Assembly (NCBI GenBank): GCA_041664865.1
Contig: JBAYJU010000002.1
Location: forward strand, 1-39,175
Source: Minisyncoccota bacterium
GTDB taxonomy: Bacteria; Patescibacteriota; Minisyncoccia; Phycocordibacterales; Phycocordibacteraceae
Reading direction: 5' to 3'
Length of the DNA stretch: 39,175 nt
The position numbers were made by a program, and so were the translations under genes. This document shows, one piece after another, positions 15,114 through 23,956 of this stretch. A model generated the notes under the pieces. That model worked only from the letters and a program-made list of their open reading frames with translations, was not told where the DNA came from and did no database searches. How positions within the stretch are numbered: the stretch's first letter is position 1; every line of letters begins with the position of its first letter.

Positions 15114-16214
15114 ATGAATATTTCCATTGAAAAAAAAGAATTCTCAGAAGCTGTGCATATCGTATCCAGATTTGCTGAAAGAAAGAGTGCCACACTACCA
15201 GCTCTCTCTTCAATACTTATAATAGCTGGTGATGAGGGTATAAAACTTAGAGCAACTAACCTTGAAACGGGTATCGACTTCAAGCTTTCAGGGAAGATAA
15301 TTTCTGACGGTGTTGTTGCTATACCTGCGACTATTTTGCAGCAGATTGCTGGTTCTTTCACTCAAGAAGGGAATATTACTCTTGAGCATACTGGAGATAT
15401 TGTAGTTATCACAAGCGGAACAGGTAAAAGCTCGGTGAAGACAGTCCCGTACGATGATTTCCCATCAATACCATTTCCAGAGAACCCAAAGAACAGAATC
15501 GTCATTCCTGGTGTGCTACTTAAAAATCTTTTCACATCTATAGCATCATGCGCATCTGGCTCAACAGTGCGCCCAGAGCTAGCAAGTATATACCTATCGA
15601 TAGAGGGAGGGGTGATGACTGCGGTAGCTACTGATTCATTCCGGCTTGCAGAGAAAAAAGTGCCACTCTCCAATAGTGGAACACAAGGGAAATTCCTTAT
15701 TCCTGCAAAAAATGCTCTAGATATCGCGCAAGCCCTACCTGATGGCGACATAATTATATCGTTCGATGAGCATCAGTGTGCATTTGTAAGTGAGAAAGGG
15801 ATGCTAGTGTCTCGGCTAACTAACGCTACTTATCCGGACTATCGCCAGATAATCCCTAAAGAATCTATCGTCGAGGCGATTGTGTTGCGCAAGGACTTCG
15901 AGATGGCACTCAAGCGCACCACCATATTCTCAGACTCGTTCCAGAAGGTGCGATTGAGTTTTGATCCGAAGAAGAATGTATTCTCATTCTTTGCCAGAAA
16001 TGCAGACATCGGCGAATCTGCGGAGACACTATCGGCGCGCATCGAGGGGAGCGCACTCGAGCTGTCTTTTAATCATCGCTACCTATCAGCAGTACTTAGT
16101 CTCACGTCATCCGAAAGTCTATCTATCACAGCCTCAGGTATCGGCCGCCCACTCATAATCCGTGGCGTAGGGGACACATCGCTTCTCTATTTGGTTTCTC
16201 CGATGAATCAGTAG
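15114..16214 (+). CDS. dnaN: DNA polymerase III beta sliding clamp
   Basis: 366 aa directly downstream of dnaA, with the clamp-like three-domain length. Confidence 0.9.
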   Translation: MNISIEKKEFSEAVHIVSRFAERKSATLPALSSILIIAGDEGIKLRATNLETGIDFKLSGKIISDGVVAIPATILQQIAGSFTQEGNITLEHTGDIVVITSGTGKSSVKTVPYDDFPSIPFPENPKNRIVIPGVLLKNLFTSIASCASGSTVRPELASIYLSIEGGVMTAVATDSFRLAEKKVPLSNSGTQGKFLIPAKNALDIAQALPDGDIIISFDEHQCAFVSEKGMLVSRLTNATYPDYRQIIPKESIVEAIVLRKDFEMALKRTTIFSDSFQKVRLSFDPKKNVFSFFARNADIGESAETLSARIEGSALELSFNHRYLSAVLSLTSSESLSITASGIGRPLIIRGVGDTSLLYLVSPMNQ

Positions 16215-16216
16215 TG

Positions 16217-18394
16217 CTATTGAGAACCAGTAACATGTTCAGAAACAGAAGGGGAAGTATATGACAGTGGCACCATAAGTGGTGGATTGGTGAATAGTCC
16301 AGGGTGTGAGGCGTACCATGACTGGATGCCGTATTCCCAATATGAGAATTGTGGGTCTTGTGCCGGATATGCTGGTGCAGGGCCCTGTGGATTATTCTTA
16401 TTCGTCCAATACAGAAGTGAATGTGGAGTGATATTTCCATTTGCATCTGGAATTTGCCATGTGCCCCGGAGCATTGGTGGCAAAGAAGAGTATATAGGGT
16501 CTGGTTCGCCGAAATAGGCCTTTGGATATTTAGAGAGCGCATATGCCATCGCCTCATGCCACATAGGTGCCGCAATGAATCCGGCGACTGACTTCACCAT
16601 TTTAGAGTTGTCGTTGTTGCCAGACCACACACCAATAGCTATAGACGGAGTGTAGCCGACGACCCATGCGTCGCGAGTGTCGTCAGTCGTACCAGTTTTC
16701 ACTGCGACGTCATAGCCCGGGAAGGAGAGGGGGGAATCTAGTGGATACTCTGGGAGGCGTGCTTGCGCGTCTGATAGCATTGCAGACATGTTACGCGCGA
16801 TGTTTGCTGGTTCTACTTGCGACGGTTGTGGAGTGTATTTTTGTAGAACATTCCCTTGAGCATCTTTTACTTCTAGTATTCCGGTTGGAGGATTCCTCAC
16901 TCCATCATTAGCAAATACAGCATACGCACCCGTGAGGTCTAGCAGGCGCACCTCACCACCTCCGAGCACGATGGTGAGACCATATTGGGCTGCGTTGCCA
17001 AGTGTAGTCAGCCCGAATGATTTGGCTAGGTTGATAGCGTTTGTGATGCCTACTAGATAGAGCGCCTTGATAGCTGGAATGTTGATTGATTGTGCAAGGG
17101 CAGTCTCAAATGTCATGGGGCCACGGAAGTTTCCGTCGTAGTCTGCTGGTGCGTAGCATGGCGGCTCATTGTTGAAATTGTCTGATGGCTTGCATGATGT
17201 AGAGAACTGCGTCGGGGTGTCGAAGACGACAGTATTACGCGTGTAGCCGTTCATGAGCGCTAGGGAGTAGATAAATGGCTTCATGGTGGAGCCCGGCTGT
17301 CTCAGAGCTAGTGTGGCATTGTATTGTCCGTCGATTGCAGTATCGAAGAAGTTTCGTGACCCCACCATCGCTAGAATCTGCCCGGTCGCCGGGTCGATAG
17401 CTACAAGCGCGTCATTTGAGGCCTTAAATTTAGTTTGATTCTCGAGTGCATAGCTATTTAGTATCGACTCGGATTTGACCTGCAGATCAGCGTCAAGAGT
17501 CGTCACAACCTTCATTCCTGTGGTGAGAGCTTGCGTGCCATAAGTGGTCTCAAGCTGGTTGAGGATGTAGAAGACGAAGTGCGGCGCTATTATAGAGTTG
17601 TGCCCGGCTGGGGCAAACGTTACTCTTTCGGTTTTTGCACTCGAATAGGTGGAGTCGCTGATAAAGCCAAGTGTGCGCATTCTTTCTAGCACCAGGTCCT
17701 TACGCGCAGTGAGCTCTGCTTTGTGCGTTCCGTTTGGAGAATAGTAAGATGGCGCTTGGATCATTGCGGCAAGATAAGCCGATTGGGCGAGTGATAGGTC
17801 TTTTGCCGGAATGCCGAAATACGCTTCAGAAGTAGCCTCTATGCCATAGAGTGTTCCACCATACGGAACATTGTTCAAATATGTTTCTAGGATTTGGTCC
17901 TTCGAATACATCTGTTCTAGTTTAATAGCTAGCATCCATTCGTGGATTTTTCGAGTGATACTTTTCTCACTCGTTAGCAGAGTATTCTTGACGACCTGCT
18001 GAGTGATTGTTGATCCGCCCTGTGCGAAGGAGCCTCCGATGGCGTTTGCTATCATTGCGCGAATGAATGATGTGATGCGTATCCCGCCATGCTCATAGAA
18101 ACTCGAGTCCTCGATTGCAATGGTTGCCTGGATAGCATTTGGCGATATCGCTGACAGCGGTATTACATCGCGCTTCGCATCTCGATTGTAATCGTATAGT
18201 AAGACTTGGCCGGTACGGTCATAGATTTTCGTCGATTGATCGACCTGGCGCGATGCAAATGAGCTTATGTCTGGCACCGGGGCAATAGTGATTGCGACAA
18301 TCATCCCTCCGATAGTGATAAATGCTATACCGAATAGGACAAGTGCCAACGATATTGTCGTGGGGTGCGAGATAAATTTTCTAGAGATTTTCAT
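16217..18394 (-). CDS. Bifunctional class A penicillin-binding protein (PBP1A type)
   Basis: Glycosyltransferase motifs EDSSFYEHGGI and GGSTITQQ. Transpeptidase motifs STMKPF and KTGTT. N-terminal TM anchor. Confidence 0.9.
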   Translation of the reverse strand: MKISRKFISHPTTISLALVLFGIAFITIGGMIVAITIAPVPDISSFASRQVDQSTKIYDRTGQVLLYDYNRDAKRDVIPLSAISPNAIQATIAIEDSSFYEHGGIRITSFIRAMIANAIGGSFAQGGSTITQQVVKNTLLTSEKSITRKIHEWMLAIKLEQMYSKDQILETYLNNVPYGGTLYGIEATSEAYFGIPAKDLSLAQSAYLAAMIQAPSYYSPNGTHKAELTARKDLVLERMRTLGFISDSTYSSAKTERVTFAPAGHNSIIAPHFVFYILNQLETTYGTQALTTGMKVVTTLDADLQVKSESILNSYALENQTKFKASNDALVAIDPATGQILAMVGSRNFFDTAIDGQYNATLALRQPGSTMKPFIYSLALMNGYTRNTVVFDTPTQFSTSCKPSDNFNNEPPCYAPADYDGNFRGPMTFETALAQSINIPAIKALYLVGITNAINLAKSFGLTTLGNAAQYGLTIVLGGGEVRLLDLTGAYAVFANDGVRNPPTGILEVKDAQGNVLQKYTPQPSQVEPANIARNMSAMLSDAQARLPEYPLDSPLSFPGYDVAVKTGTTDDTRDAWVVGYTPSIAIGVWSGNNDNSKMVKSVAGFIAAPMWHEAMAYALSKYPKAYFGEPDPIYSSLPPMLRGTWQIPDANGNITPHSLLYWTNKNNPQGPAPAYPAQDPQFSYWEYGIQSWYASHPGLFTNPPLMVPLSYTSPSVSEHVTGSQ

Positions 18395-18401
18395 TGATTA
18401 T

Positions 18402-18410
18402 ATGCTAGCA
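18402..18410 (-). promoter_or_regulatory. Extended -10 TGCTAGCAT, 7 nt upstream of the PBP1A ATG
   Basis: The minus strand reads TGCTAGCAT-ATAATCA-ATG. Confidence 0.4.
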
Positions 18411-18437
18411 CAAAGCGCGCCGGAGGCGCGCTTTGTG
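18409..18437. terminator. GC-rich perfect hairpin (13-bp stem, loop GGA) upstream of the PBP1A promoter
   Basis: CACAAAGCGCGCC-GGA-GGCGCGCTTTGTG. There is no clear U-tract on the minus strand. Confidence 0.35.
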
Positions 18438-18656
18438 TGTTCTTCACTTGTAGTACTTAGAAATCTGTTTCTGGCTCACTGTCCTCTTCGTGGAACCCTT
18501 CTGGTATTTCTTCCTCGCCAATCAATCCCTCGTCAAATTCTTCTTCATCATCCATAGAGATGCATTTGCTACTTATATTAACCCCTTTGTACCGGGGATT
18601 GTTCTATTTGAGCAAAAAGTATCCAGAATGCAAGCTTTTTTGGGAGAGATTGTGGA

Positions 18657-19133
18657 TTAGTGCCGCGATAAGCCGCCAGCAAGAGCAGTTATACCGATGG
18701 CTATCGCATCTAGCTCATCATCTAGACGCTTCTTATCTGGTAGTGTCACGAGTCGCGGGATCATCTGCGAGACTGCCTTTTTGTCTGCACCTCCATATCC
18801 TGTCACTGCTAGTTTGACCTGTTGTGGCGAGCACTCTATTACCGGCAGGGAAGCGATGCCAGCTGCTGCGAGTATTGCACCGCGTGCTTCTGCGACGCCG
18901 AGCGCTGTCTTCTTGTTTATGCTGAAAAAAAGTGTCTCAATTCCTAGCGCATCTGGCTCATATTCATTGATTGCGGATGAAACGGCTTGCGACACACAAG
19001 CAAGGCGTTCCTCAATCATTCCTTGTGGCGGCAGTACACAGTCACTCCATAGTAGTGTTGGTCGTGAAGCATTTCCCTCGACTACAGCGATACCGAGCCT
19101 GTCGTACCCAGGATCAATCGCTAGTATTCTCAT
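18657..19133 (-). CDS. ruvC: Holliday junction resolvase RuvC
   Basis: MRILAIDPGYDRLGIAVVEG. The start at 19133 overlaps the yebC 3' end by 20 nt. Confidence 0.85.
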   Translation of the reverse strand: MRILAIDPGYDRLGIAVVEGNASRPTLLWSDCVLPPQGMIEERLACVSQAVSSAINEYEPDALGIETLFFSINKKTALGVAEARGAILAAAGIASLPVIECSPQQVKLAVTGYGGADKKAVSQMIPRLVTLPDKKRLDDELDAIAIGITALAGGLSRH

Positions 19134-19668
19134 AACCACGCGCGTTTGTGAAAATCTGCTGCACATCTTCGTGTTCGTCGAGTGCCTCTAGAATCGCTGT
19201 AAGTTTCTCCTCATCTTCTCCCTCGATTTCAGTAAGTGGTTCGTTCGGTTTATAAATGTTGCCGACTTTCATAAAAGCCCAACTCGCGGCGCCTGGCGCC
19301 GCGACCTCGACACCCTGCTTCGAGAGCAAGTGTTTTATCTCTGGTGTAGTGCGGTTTTTATTATCAGTGAGTGCATCGATGATTATGGCGCAGCCGCCTG
19401 GGCCATATGCCTCATATACAACCTGCTCGAGATTGTCGAAATCTTTGGAGGTGCCCTTTAGTATTGCGCGCTCAATATTATCTTTGGGCATGTTCTCCGC
19501 CTTAGCGCGCGCTATAGCCACAGAGAGCCCTGGGGCGGTGAGGACACCATTGGCCTTCTTCGCTTCAAGAGTGATAAGGCGCGCATAGCGCGAGAACACG
19601 CGACTTTTCGCGGCATCAGTCACGCCTTTCTTCCGCTTGATTTGTGACCACTTACTGTGCCCAGACAT
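19114..19668 (-). CDS. yebC: YebC/PmpR-family regulator (compact, 184 aa)
   Basis: MSGHSKWSQIKRKKG ... NMPKDNIERAILKG. Confidence 0.85.
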   Translation of the reverse strand: MSGHSKWSQIKRKKGVTDAAKSRVFSRYARLITLEAKKANGVLTAPGLSVAIARAKAENMPKDNIERAILKGTSKDFDNLEQVVYEAYGPGGCAIIIDALTDNKNRTTPEIKHLLSKQGVEVAAPGAASWAFMKVGNIYKPNEPLTEIEGEDEEKLTAILEALDEHEDVQQIFTNARGYENTSD

Positions 19669-19699
19669 ACAAGGATTGTATCAAATAGAAGGCGTTTGG

Positions 19700-19729
19700 A
19701 AAACAAAAAAGGAGCTCCGAAGAGCTCCC
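19700..19729 (-). terminator. Rho-independent terminator after the 19764-20114 ORF
   Basis: The minus strand reads GGGAGCTC-TTCG-GAGCTCC followed by TTTTTTGTTTT. Confidence 0.7.
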
Positions 19730-19763
19730 AAATCAGTTCTCACGAACTGTCACTGTATGGCAT

Positions 19764-20114
19764 CTATCCTACTCGTCCGTCTTGATAAACGAGTAGATGA
19801 TTTTCCCGAATTTCCTTTTCCTCACCCAATCTCTGGGCGAGGGTGTGGGCAGCCATACCGGTTACTCGGAACTCTAGACATACACTATCGTGGATAGACA
19901 GTGTTCCGATAAACACGGGCCTAACCGGAATGGTCACTATCCCAAAGAGAGCTCGTTCTGGCTTCGCGGCGGGGTTTTTATAAAGAACCCCAACACTCCC
20001 CATAGTGACCGTCTCACCAATGATTTTTTCGTCAGACCCATCAGACCCAGCTACGCAATACCCTTTAGTATTGCTAGCTATACAATCCGCCACTTCTTTC
20101 AATGTGTACTGCAT
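19764..20114 (-). CDS. Hypothetical protein (116 aa)
   Basis: The ORF starts MQYTLKEVADC and is preceded by the purine-rich GAAGGGGGGTG 6 nt upstream. It has its own terminator. I recognise no family. Confidence 0.45.
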   Translation of the reverse strand: MQYTLKEVADCIASNTKGYCVAGSDGSDEKIIGETVTMGSVGVLYKNPAAKPERALFGIVTIPVRPVFIGTLSIHDSVCLEFRVTGMAAHTLAQRLGEEKEIRENHLLVYQDGRVG

Positions 20115-20204
20115 TTTGCACCCCCCTTCTTCTATTATGTTTGAACATCTCAAAAAGAGCATCCTCTACTACCTGCATACAGAATAGCACAAAGGCTATC
20201 TGTG

Positions 20205-21191
20205 TCAACTATTTTTACCCAAGTAGGCATGACCTTTGTCGGTGATGATGCGGCCCCGTGGGGAGCGCTCGATGAATCCTAGGCGAAGCAGGTAAGGCTC
20301 ATAGACGCTTTCGATGGTGTCGGGTTCTTCATGGAGTGAGGCCGCGAGGGCGCGTACGCCGGCTGGCCCGCCATGGAAACTTTCTAGGATTGCGGTGAGG
20401 TACCGGCGATCATCTTTCGTTAGGCCGAGCGAGTCGATGCCGAATAGTTTGCACGCCTCGTCGCAAAGCGCGATCGATATGGGGCGCTCATGCACCTCAG
20501 AAAAGTCGCGAACTCGCTTCAATAGGGCGTTCGCGACACGCGGGGTAGCGCGGCTCCGCGCAGCGACACTCTCTATTACGTCATCTGGTGCCTTGAGCCC
20601 TAGTAGCTGTGCGGAACGACGGATGATGTCACGCAGGTCTTCGTCACTATAGAAATCAAGCTGGAATATTCCGCCACCGAAACGCGAGCGAAGAGGGCTC
20701 GACAGTTCTGATACGCGCGTGGTCGCTCCTACGAGTGTGAATGGTGGAAGTGCCAGCTCTACTGTGCGAGCAGATGGCCCCTTGCCGAGTATTATGTCGA
20801 GATGTCCAGATTCGAGCGCTGGGTATAGTAGCTCTTCAATCTTGTGGGAGAGCCGATGTATCTCGTCGATGAAGAGCACAGTATTTGGTTCAAGATTTGT
20901 AAGAATCGCGGCGAGGTCTCCAGCGCGCTCGATAGCTACACCCGATGTGCTCTTGAGCGGCGATTCAAGAGTCGTAGCGACGAGACATGCGAGTGTGGTC
21001 TTGCCGACGCCAGGCGGACCGTAGAAAAGTATATGTTCAGGCATTCCTCCACGCTTCTTTGCGGCGTCGATAGCAATGCGTACGTTCGCTTTTATCTGTT
21101 TCTGACCTACATAGTCGTCCCAGCTGCTTGGGCGGAGAGCCGCATCAAGTACGACAGGGAGTTGTGTGGTGTCGATAGGGGCTCTTGACAT
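20205..21191 (-). CDS. ruvB: Holliday junction branch-migration helicase RuvB
   Basis: GPPGVGKTTLA Walker A, LFIDEIHRL Walker B, and the winged-helix C-terminus. Confidence 0.95.
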   Translation of the reverse strand: MSRAPIDTTQLPVVLDAALRPSSWDDYVGQKQIKANVRIAIDAAKKRGGMPEHILFYGPPGVGKTTLACLVATTLESPLKSTSGVAIERAGDLAAILTNLEPNTVLFIDEIHRLSHKIEELLYPALESGHLDIILGKGPSARTVELALPPFTLVGATTRVSELSSPLRSRFGGGIFQLDFYSDEDLRDIIRRSAQLLGLKAPDDVIESVAARSRATPRVANALLKRVRDFSEVHERPISIALCDEACKLFGIDSLGLTKDDRRYLTAILESFHGGPAGVRALAASLHEEPDTIESVYEPYLLRLGFIERSPRGRIITDKGHAYLGKNS

Positions 21192-21239
21192 AAAAATAGG
21201 GTGGTGCTATATATGCTAGCATAGTTTTTTGATCCTGTT

Positions 21240-21380
21240 CATAATCCTCTAGGCAAGGCTTGACGGCTTCGGGCGTTTCCCCAAGGACTTTCTGGTCCGG
21301 TATTTCGGTACTGGCGCTGGGAATCTCCTCAGGTGCTTCGTCCACCCCGCATTTATGTGGGATTTGCCTTGAGGATTATG
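21240..21380. repeat. 17-bp inverted repeats (16 of 17 match) flanking 107 bp in the pilB-ruvB spacer
   Basis: CATAATCCTCTAGGCAA at 21240-21256 against TTGCCTTGAGGATTATG at 21364-21380. Confidence 0.7.
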
Positions 21381-21398
21381 GACGGGATTTTTTGTTTT

Positions 21399-23069
21399 TC
21401 AGCGTGGTAGGTCTACGGTATCAGCGACTTCGGATATGGAAGTGACACCTGCGAGTGCCTTGAGTATGCCGTCTTGTGCCATGGTGAGGTAGCCTTGGGT
21501 GCTCGCCATTTTTGCGATCTCATTTGCTGGCGGATTGTCGCGCAAGAAGTGTGCGAGTTCGTCGTTCAAGAATATAGCCTCATACAATCCGATGCGACCT
21601 TTGTATCCAGTCTCATCTGCACTCTCGATCATCGGTTCCCACACGGTCTCTATTTTTTCTGGAATCAATGACTTATCAGTGAGCGGTTCAAATACTTTTG
21701 CGATCATCGACTTCTCTTCGTCAGTGAGAGGGCGCTCTTTTTTCTTGTCTGGATCTAGTTTGCGCATTAGGCGTTGAGCCATCGAGACCGTGACTGCTGA
21801 GCCGAATGACTTCGGGTCGGACCCTAGGTCTACTAGACGTGGGAATGTGCCAGCAGCATCATTGGTGTGCAGTGTAGAGAATACGAAGTGGCCGGTGAGC
21901 GCCGCTTCTATTGCGATATTGGCGGTCTCACCATCTCGGATTTCGCCGACCATGATTATGTCTGGGTCTTGGCGAACGATTGAGCGCAGGCCTTCGGCAA
22001 ACGTATATTTCGTTCCCTCGACTTGCGTCTGAACTATGCCCTCGAGGTGGTATTCGACAGGGTCTTCAATCGTGATGATCTTTATCTCTGGCGTGTGGAT
22101 TTCTCGGAGGAATGAATAGAGTGTCGTCGTCTTACCAGATCCTGTAGGGCCTGTGGTGAGGAGCATGCCGTTTGGCCTGCGTATCTCAGTCTCAAGGCGG
22201 GCAAGGAGCTTGGGGTGGATACCGAGCTCTCTATATGAGACTTTTGTAGCTTGAGGATCGAGGATACGCATCACTATGGATTCGCCATAGTTTCCTGGAA
22301 TATAGGAGACACGCATCTCAACTGTGCCAGTAGTGCGTGTGATGCTGAATCGCCCGTCTTGAGCCTGGTTGGTGATATTCAGTTTTATACCAGACAGAAG
22401 TTTGATACGAGAGTTGAGCTGGTGATAGGTCGTAGGATCGAAAACGTATATATCGGTAAGGAGACCATCCACACGGAAACGCAGAAGAGCCGAGTTTTCT
22501 CGTGGCTCGAAATGAATGTCAGATGAGCGGAGTGCAAAAGCTCCTGCGAGGACTAGTTCGAAAATGCGTGATACGCGATTGAGGGAATGTTCAGCCGTCA
22601 CCACGTCCAGCTCTTGTGTGAGGGCGGTACGTGTCGCGCCTCGCTCGGTCAATTTTGAAAGAGTCTCGTCAATGACTGAGAATGTGCCAGCTTTGGACTC
22701 GACGGAAAAAGAAAGCTCTTTGTATAGTGCGAGTGCTCGCTCTAGGCTTTTTTCTGAGATAAGGAATTGCTTTATTTCAAACCCGCGGCTATATAGGTCA
22801 TCAATACATTTCTGGAGTGCGGGGTTGTTTGGATTGTGCACGGCTAGTGAGAGCATCTTGGATACTTTTTCAAAAGCAACGACCTCGGCCGCTCGTGCTG
22901 TTTCTTCGGTTATGAGGCGAAGAGCGTCGCTGTCGATCTGCATGAGCGACAGGTCTACATATGGCATTTTGTATTTCTCGGAGAGAATATGTGCCACATC
23001 CTCTTCTTCACGATCGCGTATCTCAGCAAGCTCGATGTCTGTGCGTTTAGTATCAAATGGAAGGTCCAT
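21399..23069 (-). CDS. pilB: Type IV pilus assembly ATPase (GspE/PilB family)
   Basis: GPTGSGKTTTLY Walker A, IMVGEIRD, and an N-terminal GSPII_E-like domain. Confidence 0.9.
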   Translation of the reverse strand: MDLPFDTKRTDIELAEIRDREEEDVAHILSEKYKMPYVDLSLMQIDSDALRLITEETARAAEVVAFEKVSKMLSLAVHNPNNPALQKCIDDLYSRGFEIKQFLISEKSLERALALYKELSFSVESKAGTFSVIDETLSKLTERGATRTALTQELDVVTAEHSLNRVSRIFELVLAGAFALRSSDIHFEPRENSALLRFRVDGLLTDIYVFDPTTYHQLNSRIKLLSGIKLNITNQAQDGRFSITRTTGTVEMRVSYIPGNYGESIVMRILDPQATKVSYRELGIHPKLLARLETEIRRPNGMLLTTGPTGSGKTTTLYSFLREIHTPEIKIITIEDPVEYHLEGIVQTQVEGTKYTFAEGLRSIVRQDPDIIMVGEIRDGETANIAIEAALTGHFVFSTLHTNDAAGTFPRLVDLGSDPKSFGSAVTVSMAQRLMRKLDPDKKKERPLTDEEKSMIAKVFEPLTDKSLIPEKIETVWEPMIESADETGYKGRIGLYEAIFLNDELAHFLRDNPPANEIAKMASTQGYLTMAQDGILKALAGVTSISEVADTVDLPR

Positions 23070-23196
23070 GCACCATATACTACCACCTGTCGGATAAGGG
23101 AAGGCTACACACTTGACAAGTGCATATTTGTTGCGCTATTCTAATAGAAGGCTAGTTGTTTCAGCGAGGAAATCACTCTCAACTAAGGAGGTCTTC

Positions 23197-23412
23197 ATGA
23201 ATATGCACAGGTTAGTTTTTGCTCTTTTAGCACTCTTTTCTCTGGCGGGTTGCGTTCCCGTGACGTACGTGCCGGTGTATACGACGCAACGACCGGTACG
23301 TGGTGTTTCCGAGACGACAGTATTTGTTGTCTCGGCGCCAGTGTACATTGTGCCTCCTGTGCTATTTTATTGGAGTTCAGGTCGGTGCTGCCAGCCGTGT
23401 TGTCGCCACTAG
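23197..23412 (+). CDS. Small lipoprotein with a Cys-rich C-terminus (71 aa)
   Basis: Shine-Dalgarno AAGGAGG at 23185-23191, 5 nt upstream of the ATG. Lipobox LAGC. The C-terminus is GRCCQPCCRH. A terminator follows. Confidence 0.6.
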   Translation: MNMHRLVFALLALFSLAGCVPVTYVPVYTTQRPVRGVSETTVFVVSAPVYIVPPVLFYWSSGRCCQPCCRH

Positions 23413-23422
23413 GCTGCTACGC

Positions 23423-23462
23423 AATACGCTTGCCCCCTCGGGGACAAGCGTATTCTCTTTTT
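23423..23462 (+). terminator. Rho-independent terminator
   Basis: AATACGCTTG...CAAGCGTATT 10-bp stem with inner CCCC/GGGG pairing, followed by CTCTTTTT. Confidence 0.7.
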
Positions 23463-23485
23463 CGGCGGTACAATTGTCTTCACAT

Positions 23486-23956
23486 ATGGAAACAATTGTA
23501 CGAACACTGGCCGAGCTCGAAACAGAAGCATGCCGCTTCGTGGATGGCCTCGCGCCGAGTCCGCGAGGCGCGACTCTGGTAACACTCTCGGGCGAGCTTG
23601 GGGCTGGGAAGACTGCATTTACCAAGGCTGTAGCAAAAGCTCTTGGGGTTACTGACATGGTTACAAGCCCCACCTTCGTACTCGAGAAGATCTACCAACT
23701 TCCAGAATGTGGACATCCGGTGTCTACAGAAGGACACCGGATGTCCACATTCAAACGGCTGGTGCATATCGATGCGTACCGGCTCGAATCAGGAAAAGAT
23801 CTTGCGACACTCGGTTTCGATGAGCTCATACAAAACTCAGATAATCTAATTATGCTCGAATGGCCAGAAATAGTTGCTGACGCACTTCCTGCTCCGAGTA
23901 TTCGCATTTCTATCGTTGCGAACCCAGACGGCTCTCGTACAATTTCATATGTCTAG
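23486..23956 (+). CDS. tsaE: tRNA t6A biosynthesis ATPase TsaE (YjeE)
   Basis: LSGELGAGKTAFTK P-loop, SPTFVLEKIY and HIDAYRL motifs. It carries a roughly 16-codon palindromic insert. Confidence 0.85.
   Translation: METIVRTLAELETEACRFVDGLAPSPRGATLVTLSGELGAGKTAFTKAVAKALGVTDMVTSPTFVLEKIYQLPECGHPVSTEGHRMSTFKRLVHIDAYRLESGKDLATLGFDELIQNSDNLIMLEWPEIVADALPAPSIRISIVANPDGSRTISYV
23705..23752. repeat. Family-2 palindrome embedded in frame in tsaE
   Basis: GAATGTGGACATCCGGTGTC-TACAGAAG-GACACCGGATGTCCACATTC has perfect 20-bp arms and an 8-nt loop (checked base by base). It is translated as ECGHPVSTEGHRMSTF. Confidence 0.9.

Noticed and set aside
21145-21345. 66-aa minus-strand ORF in the pilB-ruvB spacer.
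   Set aside because: It has a GTG start with no promoter or RBS signal. It overlaps the ruvB start by 47 nt in another frame, and its sequence is partly dictated by the inverted repeat.
23300-23948. N-terminal extensions offered by the ORF track for tsaE (23300) and polA (23874). The same applies to pilM (37559), the AAA+ gene (GTG at 32607), RAYT (31331), ruvC (19166), ruvX (36713) and the tRNA-binding protein (37110).
   Set aside because: The extensions overlap upstream genes, terminators or hairpins and lack homology. Internal ATGs coincide with the start of family similarity and with the recurrent -10 box spacing.
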